Positions 18,462-26,351 are shown, counted from the first letter of the stretch. The stretch: DNA of 64,000 nucleotides from Anaerolineae bacterium (GCA_034430555.1 DAOUEM010000362.1:1722-65721); one strand, 5' to 3'. Numbers and translations: made by a program. Notes: generated by a model from the sequence alone, not told the origin.

Positions 18462-19700
18462 ATGGTAAAAGTAATGTCGAGATTGATGCTGATCGCAGGG
18501 CTGTGTGTGCTCGCCCTGCCGCTGGCGGCGCTGGCCCAGCAGGGCGAAGAAGCCTGCCCGGCCTTCGTCTTCGAAGCGCTGGAAGTTTCGGCGGCGGCCT
18601 GCGACGGCACCGCCCGCAACGAGGCCTGTTACGGGCATGACGATGTCAGCGCCGAGCCGGTCCCGGACGCGGCGACCTTCACCTTCGCCGCAGCCGGCGA
18701 CATCGTGCCGCTGACCGACCTGCGCCGCTTGCAGCTGGAGGGCATGGACCTGGCCGACCAGACCTGGGGGGTGGCTCTGCTGCGTCTGCAGGCCGACCTG
18801 CCCGATACGCTGCCCGGCCAGAACGTGACGCTGGTGTTGTTCGGTGATGTCGTGCTGGACAACGCGCCCCTGGCAGCCGACGCCGGCGGCGAGTCCTTCG
18901 GCCCGATGCAGGCCTTTTATTTCGCCACCGGCCTGGGCGACCCGCCCTGCGCGGAAGCGCCGGTCAGCGGCCTGCTGATCCAGACGCCGGAGGAGGCCGA
19001 ACAGGCCATCACCCTGACCATCAACGAGGCCACCGTCACCCTCGGCTCGACGGCCTTTTTGCAGGCGGAAGCCGGGGGCGATATGGTGGTCAGCCTGCTG
19101 GATGGCGCGGGCCAGATCACCGCCGCGGGCGAGACCCAGGCCGTGCCCGCCGGGTCGCAGACCCGCCTGCCGCTCGACGACGACCTGGCCGCTGCCGGGC
19201 CGCCCTCCCCGCCGGAGCCGTTCGACGAGACGCGGCTGCTGGGCCTGCCGCTGGACCTGCTGGCGGAAGAAATCGAGGTGCCGCCCCCGCTGACCGAGGA
19301 CGAGATCGCCGACTACCTGGCATCGCAGGCCCCGGTCGGCGGCGGCCTGCCCACACCCGGCATCTGGGTGGTGGAGACGACGGTGGTCAGTATCACCTGC
19401 GAGGGCTTCAGCCAGACGATGGACATGAGCGCCGAAAGCCGGGGCGAGCAGGGCGTGCTCACCGTGGAAGACGGCGGCGCGACGATAGTCGTATCGGACC
19501 TGGAGGAAGGCGTGATCTTCACCTTTGAGCGGGCCGCGGACGGCGCGTACACCGCCTCCTTGACCGTGGAGGGTATGGTGATGGCGATGACGATTACCGT
19601 GCTCGACAGCGAGACGATCGAGCTGCGCCAGGAGGGGGCTCAGGAAGGGTGCACGTTTACGACCATGACGACGATTGTCCGCGTGGGCGACGCCAAGTAG
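18462..19700 (+). CDS. Secreted Cys-motif / FecR-like domain protein (paralogue 3 of 3, no SH3b)
   Basis: Signal peptide 'MSRLMLIAGLCVLALPLAALAQ', 'CPAFV...C..TARNEACYGH', 'TWGVALLRLQADLPDTLPGQ' and 'STAFLQAEAGGDMVVS'. GAGGTGGG RBS. Confidence 0.7.
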   Translation: MVKVMSRLMLIAGLCVLALPLAALAQQGEEACPAFVFEALEVSAAACDGTARNEACYGHDDVSAEPVPDAATFTFAAAGDIVPLTDLRRLQLEGMDLADQTWGVALLRLQADLPDTLPGQNVTLVLFGDVVLDNAPLAADAGGESFGPMQAFYFATGLGDPPCAEAPVSGLLIQTPEEAEQAITLTINEATVTLGSTAFLQAEAGGDMVVSLLDGAGQITAAGETQAVPAGSQTRLPLDDDLAAAGPPSPPEPFDETRLLGLPLDLLAEEIEVPPPLTEDEIADYLASQAPVGGGLPTPGIWVVETTVVSITCEGFSQTMDMSAESRGEQGVLTVEDGGATIVVSDLEEGVIFTFERAADGAYTASLTVEGMVMAMTITVLDSETIELRQEGAQEGCTFTTMTTIVRVGDAK

Positions 19701-19797
19701 TTCGCGGCGGTCAATCGGTTTGCATCAGGGCGCGGCGCTGTCCGCGTCCTGTTGATTCCCGTTTCTCTCACCGCTGCTTTTCGCCAGCCGCTCGCTG

Positions 19798-20658
19798 TTA
19801 ATCCCCCCGGTACGACTGCGCCCGCGCCACCAACTGCTCGACGCATTCCGGCGGCACCTGCTGCTGTCCCAGCCGGATCACGCCGCCCTTTTCCCGGTGG
19901 AAGTCCGTGCCGCCCGTCTGGATCAGGTCGTACTGGCGGGCCAGCACGCGCATCCGCCGGGTGAAGGCCGAGTCGTGGTCCGGGTAGTAGACCTCCAGCC
20001 CGTCCAGGTCGTAGCCGATATATTCCGGCAGCAGCGAGTCGAGATTGGGCACGCGGATGGGGTGGGCCAGCACGATCGCGCCGCCCGCCGCGTGCAGCAG
20101 CCGGATCGCTTCCGGCGGGGAGAGGCGGTAGCGGTCCACAAAGGCCGGGCCGTCGTCGGCGATGTAACGGTCGAAGGCTTCCTGCAGCGAGGCCACGTGA
20201 CCGGCTTCGCGCAGGGCCATCGCCACGTGCGGCCGGGTGACGGCCCCCTTGCCGGCGATGGCGCGCACCCGCTCGTAGCTGATGGCCATGCCAAGTTCAT
20301 TGAGCCGGGCCACCATCTGCTCGGCGCGGGTCAGCCGCACCTCGCGGATGTGGCGCAGTTTGTCCTGCAGAGGCGCATTATCGAGATCGTAGCAGTAGCC
20401 GAGAAAATCCACGGAGAAGCCGCCGCGCGGGGTGGTGGGGTCCGGCTGGAAGGTGGCCAGTTCCAGGCCGGGCAGCACGGTCAGGCCCGTGCCTTCGGCG
20501 GCGGTCATGGCAGCCGGCAGCCCGTTGCTGGTGTCATGATCGGTCAGGGCGATGGCATCCAGTCGCCGCGCCAGGGCCAGGGAAACAACTTCCGACGGCG
20601 TGTGGTCGCCGTCGGATGCAGTGGAATGAATATGCAGATCGATTCGGTGATAAGACAT
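19798..20658 (-). CDS. PHP-domain metal-dependent phosphoesterase (TrpH/YciV-like)
   Basis: 'IDLHIHSTASDG', 'AIALTDHDT' and 'AHP' motifs of the PHP family. Confidence 0.85.
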   Translation of the reverse strand: MSYHRIDLHIHSTASDGDHTPSEVVSLALARRLDAIALTDHDTSNGLPAAMTAAEGTGLTVLPGLELATFQPDPTTPRGGFSVDFLGYCYDLDNAPLQDKLRHIREVRLTRAEQMVARLNELGMAISYERVRAIAGKGAVTRPHVAMALREAGHVASLQEAFDRYIADDGPAFVDRYRLSPPEAIRLLHAAGGAIVLAHPIRVPNLDSLLPEYIGYDLDGLEVYYPDHDSAFTRRMRVLARQYDLIQTGGTDFHREKGGVIRLGQQQVPPECVEQLVARAQSYRGD

Positions 20659-20707
20659 TAATCAGGCACTTTTTCGGCGGTGAAGACCCCGCGCGTCCGC
20701 GCCGGAT

Positions 20708-21040
20708 TTACCGAGGCTCGACGACGAAACGAAGGGCGGTGCGTTCCTGTCCATCAATGATGGTCTCGGTGAACATGACCACAAAAACGACGTCGATACC
20801 ATCTTCGGCCAGATATCCACGGGCAATAGCCATTGCTTTGACTGCCTGATTGACCGCCCCGGCGCCAATGGCCTGGACTTCGGCGCGGTTGTGTTCGCGG
20901 GTAACGCCAGCGATGGCGCCGGCCACTGCCGTCGACCGCGAGCGGGCGGAAACCTTAATGACATCTACGTGCGGGTGATCTGCTTCAGGGATCGGCGGGT
21001 GATCCACTTCAGGGATCGAAGGAGATGGAGGCGTTTGCAT
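20708..21040 (-). CDS. spoVS: SpoVS-family protein with a 26-aa Pro/His-rich N-terminal extension
   Basis: 'IKVSARSRSTAVAGAIAGV.....AEVQAIGAGAVNQAVKAMAIARGYL' is a near-textbook SpoVS core. AAGGAAAC RBS. Confidence 0.85.
   Translation of the reverse strand: MQTPPSPSIPEVDHPPIPEADHPHVDVIKVSARSRSTAVAGAIAGVTREHNRAEVQAIGAGAVNQAVKAMAIARGYLAEDGIDVVFVVMFTETIIDGQERTALRFVVEPR
20971..21018. repeat. 24-bp tandem duplication inside the SpoVS N-terminal extension
   Basis: gcgggtgatctgcttcagggatcg / gcgggtgatccacttcagggatcg (22 of 24 identical). Encodes 'IPEVDHPP/IPEADHPH'. Confidence 0.7.
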
Positions 21041-21398
21041 GGCTTGGTTTCCTTAGCTAGGTTGTTATTTTTACGTTGACTAAAAGGATTTTTAGGCACC
21101 TTAATTGTATAGGAATTCTGGGTCAAGTCTACAGCGTTTGCGAAAAACATGACAAACGGCCATAACCTTATCGTGACAATAATCATGCCTGTAACAGGAT
21201 ATTTGACAGTTGCCGTTAACAGGATGAAGGCTACCCAAAACCGCTGGATAAAGCCGCCAGCGCGGCTACAATCGGCAGCCGCACATGCCCCGCGCCGCCC
21301 CCATCAGTGGAAAACGCGCCGCTGCGGCGGGGTGGACCACCGGGCCGGGACCGGGCCAGTACCTTTGGGGGATAATCCGGCAGGGGGGCGAATCGGGC

Positions 21399-21427
21399 TT
21401 GCCATGTGGCAGGGCGGCGTCTATCAT
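21399..21427 (+). promoter_or_regulatory. Sigma70-like promoter inside the non-coding region (TTGCCA-17-TATCAT)
   Basis: -35 TTGCCA at 21399-21404, a 17-nt spacer, and -10 TATCAT at 21422-21427. Downstream hairpins with short T-runs lie at about 21462-21494 and 21529-21551. Confidence 0.35.
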
Positions 21428-21723
21428 ATCAGCCAGCCTGACGCGTCACGGCGCGGCGGGCGCGGGGTACCGGCCCCGCTCGGGCTGCTTTTACCAGGGT
21501 TAGGCCTTAGGGAGGCGTCCGCGCCGCCGGCCCGGCTGCCGGGTAAATTTTAACATAACCCGCGCGCGGCACCGGTGAACGGGCGGCCGATCCCAAGATG
21601 TTGGGGAGCAGCCGGGGGCTTCCCCTGTTGGTAGCCCTTAGCAGCCCACGGACTCGGCACACAGTGATGGTCTGACCGGCAGGGCTAACGTTAAAGATTG
21701 GTGCGAGTTTTACCGAAGCTTAA

Positions 21724-21744
21724 AACCTTAAATATTTTAAGGTT
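21724..21744. promoter_or_regulatory. Perfect AT-rich palindrome AACCTTAAA-TAT-TTTAAGGTT upstream of the dnaA promoter
   Basis: 9-bp arms with a 3-bp centre, ending 16 bp upstream of the -35 hexamer of the putative dnaA promoter. Confidence 0.4.
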
Positions 21745-21760
21745 GGGGCGGGGTTTTGGG

Positions 21761-21789
21761 TTGAGCCGTTGCCGACTCTCTGCTAGAAT
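21761..21789 (+). promoter_or_regulatory. Putative dnaA promoter (TTGAGC-17-TAGAAT)
   Basis: -35 TTGAGC at 21761-21766, exactly 17-nt spacer, -10 TAGAAT at 21784-21789. Implies a 5-prime UTR of about 160 nt. Confidence 0.5.
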
Positions 21790-21956
21790 TAGGGTAACGG
21801 TCCAGATAGGAGCAACCGTCGTTCCCCGGCGCTCCCTCGTCTCAAACATCGACACCATCTCGACAGGTCAGATTACATCGAACCTGACGGCCACGGCACG
21901 GCAGATGTGTTTGTTATTATCCGTTGTGGCTATCGCACCGCTGTTCAGGGGGCTTT

Positions 21957-23453
21957 ATGACTAGTGGGAGTACATCCACCAGTGCACGTATGAATGCGCG
22001 CGATGCCTGGCAGGCCACGCTGGGCCAGCTTGAGTTGCAGCTCAACCGGCCAACCTTTGAGACCTGGGTCAAAGGGGCCGAGCTGCTGGCCTACGAAGAT
22101 GGCTCGTTCATCGTCAGCGTGCGCAACGCCTACGTCAAAAGCTGGCTGGAACGCCGCCTGTACGGCTCGATCCGGCGCACCCTGGCCGATCTCTTTGGCC
22201 GGGTGGTGGAAGTGCGTTTCGTGGTGTACGATCCCCTTGAAGAGCAGGACAACCTGGGGCCGCTGTGGCAGGGCGATGGCCAGCCGGGTGAACAACCGCT
22301 CGACGACATGACCGCCGACGAGGCTTACGACGACTACGCCGACGAGGCCTTCGACGACCGCCAAGAAGCGCCCGTTTACCCGCCAGAGGATTATGACGAT
22401 CACCCCACCCGCGTCGAGCGCCGGCGCAGCAGCGAGGGCAACCTCAACCGCCGCTACACCTTCGATACCTTCGTCGTCGGCAGCAGCAACCAGCTGGCGC
22501 ACGCCGCGGCGATGGCCGCCGCCGAGCGCCCCGGCACCGCCTATAACCCGCTTTTTATTTACGGTGATGTCGGCCTGGGCAAGACCCACCTGCTGCACGC
22601 CATCGGCAACGCCTGCCAGGACGACGGGCTGAGCGTGCTCTATATCTCCTCGGAGCAGTTCACCAACGACCTGATCGAGGCCATCCGCGCCCAGAATACC
22701 AACACCTTCCGCAACCGCTACCGCCGCGTCGATGTGCTGCTGGTGGACGATATCCAGTTCATCGCCGGCAAGGAAAGCACGCAGGAAGAGTTCTTCCACA
22801 CCTTTAACGCCCTGCACAGCGCCAACGCCCAGATCGTGCTGGCCAGCGACCGCCGTCCCCGTTCGATGGCGACCCTGGAGGAGCGGCTGCGCTCGCGCTT
22901 TGAGTGGGGCCTGATCGCCGACATCCAGCCGCCCGACCTGGAAATGCGCATCGCCATCCTCAACGAGAAGGCCGAGCAAAGCGGCCTGGAACTGACGGAA
23001 AACCTGGCCGAGGTCATCGCCAACCAGATCCGCGGCAACATCCGCGAGATGGAAGGGGCGCTGACGCAAATCCTGGCCCAGTCCCGCCTGACCTATCAGC
23101 CGCTCTCGGAAGACCTGGTCCGGCGCGTGCTGAAGGAGTTCCGCGCTCCCCGCCGCACGCAGACGGTCGAGGCCGTGCTGGAAGCCGCCGCCGAATTCCA
23201 TAACCTGTCGGTGGACGACCTGACCGGCCCGCGCCGCACCAAAAAGATCGTCCTGGCGCGCCAGCAGGCCATGTACCTGGCGCGGGAAGCGACTGAAGCC
23301 TCCCTGCCTCAGATCGGGGCGGCATTGGGCGGGCGTGATCACACCACTGTCATGCATGGCTACAGCAAGATGGCTGAAGCCATTGAAACCGACGAAGAAC
23401 TGCGCCAGGAGATCAAGCAGATTCGCCTGCGCCTCTTCGAGGACGACTATTAG
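21957..23453 (+). CDS. dnaA: Chromosomal replication initiator DnaA
   Basis: AAA+ 'YNPLFIYGDVGLGKTHLLHAIG', 'LLVDDIQF', sensor/box VII 'LRSRFEWGL', and C-terminal DNA-binding 'GGRDHTTVMHG'. AGGGGG RBS before ATG 21957 (alternative starts at 21924 and 21990). Confidence 0.95.
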   Translation: MTSGSTSTSARMNARDAWQATLGQLELQLNRPTFETWVKGAELLAYEDGSFIVSVRNAYVKSWLERRLYGSIRRTLADLFGRVVEVRFVVYDPLEEQDNLGPLWQGDGQPGEQPLDDMTADEAYDDYADEAFDDRQEAPVYPPEDYDDHPTRVERRRSSEGNLNRRYTFDTFVVGSSNQLAHAAAMAAAERPGTAYNPLFIYGDVGLGKTHLLHAIGNACQDDGLSVLYISSEQFTNDLIEAIRAQNTNTFRNRYRRVDVLLVDDIQFIAGKESTQEEFFHTFNALHSANAQIVLASDRRPRSMATLEERLRSRFEWGLIADIQPPDLEMRIAILNEKAEQSGLELTENLAEVIANQIRGNIREMEGALTQILAQSRLTYQPLSEDLVRRVLKEFRAPRRTQTVEAVLEAAAEFHNLSVDDLTGPRRTKKIVLARQQAMYLAREATEASLPQIGAALGGRDHTTVMHGYSKMAEAIETDEELRQEIKQIRLRLFEDDY

Positions 23454-23480
23454 TCCGGACCACGCACGAATCCGGCAGGG

Positions 23481-23517
23481 ACGACGCAGCGCCAGGGGCG
23501 GGGCGTCGTTTGTGTTT
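23481..23517 (+). terminator. Possible intrinsic terminator after dnaA
   Basis: Stem acgacgc/gcgtcgt with a 15-nt loop, followed by ttgtgttt. Confidence 0.4.
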
Positions 23518-23528
23518 CAGGAGGGTGT

Positions 23529-24332
23529 ATGACACAGGAGCCGCCCATGGATGACCTGGCCCGTTTCAACCAGCAGCGCTGGGATGCGCTGGTGAAGGCT
23601 AACGTGGCCTATTCCCGCCCCCTGCTGGACCTGGACGCCGCATCGGCCCGGCGGCTGGTCGACCCGTTCGACGTAATGGGCGACGTGGCCGGTAAAAACG
23701 TGCTCTGCCTGGCCAGCGGCGGCGGCCAGCAGTCGGCGGCCTTCGGGCTGCTTGGCGCGCAGGTGACCGTGCTCGATTTTTCCGCGGCGCAGTTGGCACG
23801 GGACCGGCAGGCGCTGGATCACTACGGCCTGGCCGCGGCGCTGATGCAGGGTGATATGCGCGACCTCTCCGCTTTTGCGGATGACGCCTTCGACCTGGTG
23901 TGGCAGGCCTACTCGATCAACTTCGTGCCGGCGGCGGCCCCGGTCTTCGACGAGGTGCGGCGTGTGCTCCGCGGCGGCGGGCAGTATCGACTGGAGTGGG
24001 CCAACCCCTTCCAGATGGGAGCGGACGAAACCAGTTGGACCGGCCAGGGTTATGTGCTGTCGCGAGTGTACGGCGACGGCGAAGTCCACTTCGACGACCA
24101 GGACTGGGAAGTATGGGCCGAGGACGGCACCTGCCAGCAGGTCGCCGGCCCGCGCGAATTCAACCACTCGCTGAGCACGGTCATCAACGGGCTGCTGGCC
24201 CGCGATTTCCGTTTGCTGGGCTTGTGGGAAGAGGCCAGCGGCGATCCGGAGGCCGATCCGGGCAGTTGGGCGCACTACAAGGCCGTCGCGCCACCTTATC
24301 TCACAATCTGGGCGCGGCTCGCACCGGCCTGA
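23529..24332 (+). CDS. Class I SAM-dependent methyltransferase
   Basis: Motif I 'VLCLASGGGQQS' and motif II-like 'VTVLDFS'. AGGAGG RBS. Confidence 0.8.
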   Translation: MTQEPPMDDLARFNQQRWDALVKANVAYSRPLLDLDAASARRLVDPFDVMGDVAGKNVLCLASGGGQQSAAFGLLGAQVTVLDFSAAQLARDRQALDHYGLAAALMQGDMRDLSAFADDAFDLVWQAYSINFVPAAAPVFDEVRRVLRGGGQYRLEWANPFQMGADETSWTGQGYVLSRVYGDGEVHFDDQDWEVWAEDGTCQQVAGPREFNHSLSTVINGLLARDFRLLGLWEEASGDPEADPGSWAHYKAVAPPYLTIWARLAPA

Positions 24333-24368
24333 GCGTGCGCCAGTTTCCCGCGCGGGTACATACCGGTT

Positions 24369-24397
24369 TTGTCAAAATTCCACGTTACCAGTAAGAT
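24369..24397 (+). promoter_or_regulatory. Putative promoter of the TIR gene (TTGTCA-17-TAAGAT)
   Basis: -35 at 24369-24374, 17-nt spacer, -10 at 24392-24397, about 50 nt upstream of the ATG. Confidence 0.45.
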
Positions 24398-24447
24398 ATC
24401 AGTTAATTAGTGGGGAAACAGTTCCGGCCCAGGCCAGGAGGCGGATC

Positions 24448-26292
24448 ATGCTGCGTATCTATATCAGCTACCAGCTTCAATCCAGCGCTGCCCTTGCCAA
24501 ACAGATCGCCGACCATCTGAAAATGCAGGGCTTCTTCGTCTACGTAGACCTGCAGCGTATCGAGAAGCGCGGTTATTTCCCCGACCTGCTCAAGCACGAC
24601 ATCGCGGCCAGCGACGTCTTCATCTGTCTGGTGGCCGAAAGCACTTTTCAATCAGGGTTGGTCCGCCGCGAGATTCGACATGCGCACAGCCTGGGCAAGC
24701 CCATGATCCCCATTCTGCAGGAGGACTACTACCACCTGCCGGAAAAACCCCCGCCGCCGGACCGGTACGTCGCGGCGCTCCTGGCGGAGAAATACGTGCC
24801 TTTCCTGGACCGCAGCAAAGTCAAAAACGAGGTCAGCCTGGCGCGCCTGGGGCAGCTTTTAGCGCAGGCGGAGGCGCAGCAGGACACATCCGACTCGCTG
24901 GCCGGGTTGTGGCGGCTCGTCAGCCGGTTGGTCATGGCGACGGTAGGTCTGGCCGGTGCGGCCCTGGTACTGGTGGTGATCTTCCAGATGGTGGCCGATC
25001 TGAGGCCGGATTTCTCCGGGGGGCAGGGGCCGACGGCGGTCCCTCCCACGGTGGTCCCAGCTACGGTGGGCGTGGTGCCGGTCGCGCCGACTACGACGGA
25101 AACCGCCTCACCTGTACCGCCGCCCTCGCTGACCATGCCCGTCGGGCCGACTACGACGGAAACCGCTTCATCTGTACCGCCGCCCTCGCTGACCATGCCC
25201 GTCGGGCCGACTATCGCTCAGGCCCCGCCGACTGGTGCACTGTCTGCGACTATTCCGGCCATCGACGGGCTGCCATCAATGACGGAGCCGGTGCCGCCTG
25301 ACTCCTGGCTGGCGGAATTTGTGATCACCGCCACCGCGCTGGCCGATGCCTCCGGCGACCTGCCTACTGCGCCCTCGCTGACGGTTCAGGCGGGCTGGCG
25401 GCTGGTCTTCGCCTCGGACCGGGGCGGCGTACCCAACCTCTATATGGTCGATGCGTCCTGTTTGTTGGACGGCTGCACTGGCGCTGCCGTTGCCCCTTTA
25501 ACTGCCGCGCTGGCTGGCAGTAGTTCGCCGGCCTGGTCGCCGGACGGGGGGCGGCTGGCCTTTATCTCGGCGCGGGATGGCGCGCCCGCTGTCTGGTTGG
25601 CCGGGGCAGATGGCAGTGTTCCCACCAGGTTAACGGCTGACCTCCCGGTGGGGCAGGCCAGTGGGGATGCCTCCGCCTGGTCGCCGGACGGGACGCGCCT
25701 GGTCTACACGGCGATCCGTGACAACGGCGTGCCGGTTCTTTCCGTGATCGGGATCGATGGGACCGGCCTGCGCCGCCTGACCGGCCTGGATGGGGGCGAA
25801 GGCGGCCCTGCCTGGTCGTGGACGACGGATCGATTGGCCTTCAGCGCGGATCGCGTCGGCGACTGGGAGCTGTACACCGTCGACATGGCCTGCCTGGACG
25901 CGCCGGGCGGCTGCGACGCCAGCATCCGCCGCCTGACCGACCACCCCGGCCTGGATACCTCGCCCGCCTGGTCGTCCGATGGCAGCCGTATCGCCTTCCG
26001 TTCGGCGCGCGACGGGAACCCGGAGATATATGTCATGGCCGCCGACGGCACTGACCTGCGCCGTGTGACCACTCATCCGGCTGCCGACGATCATCCCACC
26101 TGGTCGCCGGACGGGCGCTGGCTCGTTTTCCAATCGCAGCGGGATGGCGATTGGGACCTCTACGGGGTGGCAACCACCTGCCTGGACGTCACTCCGACCG
26201 GTGACGCCTGTGAGGCCGTCCTGCGCCGCCTGACGGACAGCATCGGCTTTGACGACCAGCAGCCGGCCTGGGAGCCGTTGATCAGCCCGTAG
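24448..26292 (+). CDS. TIR-domain / single TM / Pro-Thr linker / PD40 (TolB-like) beta-propeller protein
   Basis: N-terminus 'RIYISYQ...AKQIADHL..QGFFVYVD....G....L...I..SDVFICLV...S..S.LVRREI..A...GKPMIPIL' fits the TIR_2 pattern. TM helix 'LVMATVGLAGAALVLVVIF'. Five to six 'WSPDG'-type repeats at the C-terminus. AGGAGG RBS. Confidence 0.75.
   Translation: MLRIYISYQLQSSAALAKQIADHLKMQGFFVYVDLQRIEKRGYFPDLLKHDIAASDVFICLVAESTFQSGLVRREIRHAHSLGKPMIPILQEDYYHLPEKPPPPDRYVAALLAEKYVPFLDRSKVKNEVSLARLGQLLAQAEAQQDTSDSLAGLWRLVSRLVMATVGLAGAALVLVVIFQMVADLRPDFSGGQGPTAVPPTVVPATVGVVPVAPTTTETASPVPPPSLTMPVGPTTTETASSVPPPSLTMPVGPTIAQAPPTGALSATIPAIDGLPSMTEPVPPDSWLAEFVITATALADASGDLPTAPSLTVQAGWRLVFASDRGGVPNLYMVDASCLLDGCTGAAVAPLTAALAGSSSPAWSPDGGRLAFISARDGAPAVWLAGADGSVPTRLTADLPVGQASGDASAWSPDGTRLVYTAIRDNGVPVLSVIGIDGTGLRRLTGLDGGEGGPAWSWTTDRLAFSADRVGDWELYTVDMACLDAPGGCDASIRRLTDHPGLDTSPAWSSDGSRIAFRSARDGNPEIYVMAADGTDLRRVTTHPAADDHPTWSPDGRWLVFQSQRDGDWDLYGVATTCLDVTPTGDACEAVLRRLTDSIGFDDQQPAWEPLISP
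25081..25212. repeat. 60-bp in-frame tandem repeat (about 2.2 copies) in the TIR protein linker
   Basis: 25081-25140 versus 25141-25200 is 57 of 60 identical. Encodes 'PTTTETAS[PS]VPPPSLTMPVG'. Confidence 0.9.
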
Positions 26293-26310
26293 GCCCAGCC
26301 ATAAACAGGC

Positions 26311-26351
26311 AAACGGACTCCTCGTCAACCGGGGAGTCCGTTTCATTTTTT
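26311..26351. terminator. Bidirectional intrinsic terminator between convergent genes
   Basis: Perfect 11-bp stem aaacggactcc/ggagtccgttt, an 11-nt loop, then cattttttt. An A-run on the other side serves the minus-strand gene. Confidence 0.7.

Larger units (their letters stand above)
21041..21956. other. dnaA upstream non-coding region; candidate origin-proximal/oriC region
   Basis: 916 bp without a credible ORF between divergent spoVS and dnaA. An AT-rich block at about 21061-21240 is followed by a GC-rich, hairpin-rich block. Only three weak TTATCC cores are present (21245-21251 minus strand, 21370-21375 minus strand, 21917-21925 plus strand). Confidence 0.35.

Noticed and set aside
20708-21040. 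SpoVS as evidence that the organism sporulates
   Set aside because: SpoVS-family genes are widespread in non-sporulating lineages, and no other sporulation genes occur in the window.
21149-21553. 134-aa and 72-aa ORFs inside the dnaA upstream region as protein genes
   Set aside because: They have no RBS and an Arg/Gly/Pro/Ala-rich composition, and they overlap each other in different frames inside a hairpin-rich GC block. This is more consistent with non-coding sequence.
21041-21956. Confident oriC call with DnaA boxes
   Set aside because: Only three TTATCC cores with poor flanks are present and there is no canonical 9-mer cluster. It is kept as a low-confidence origin-proximal region pending GC-skew or box analysis.
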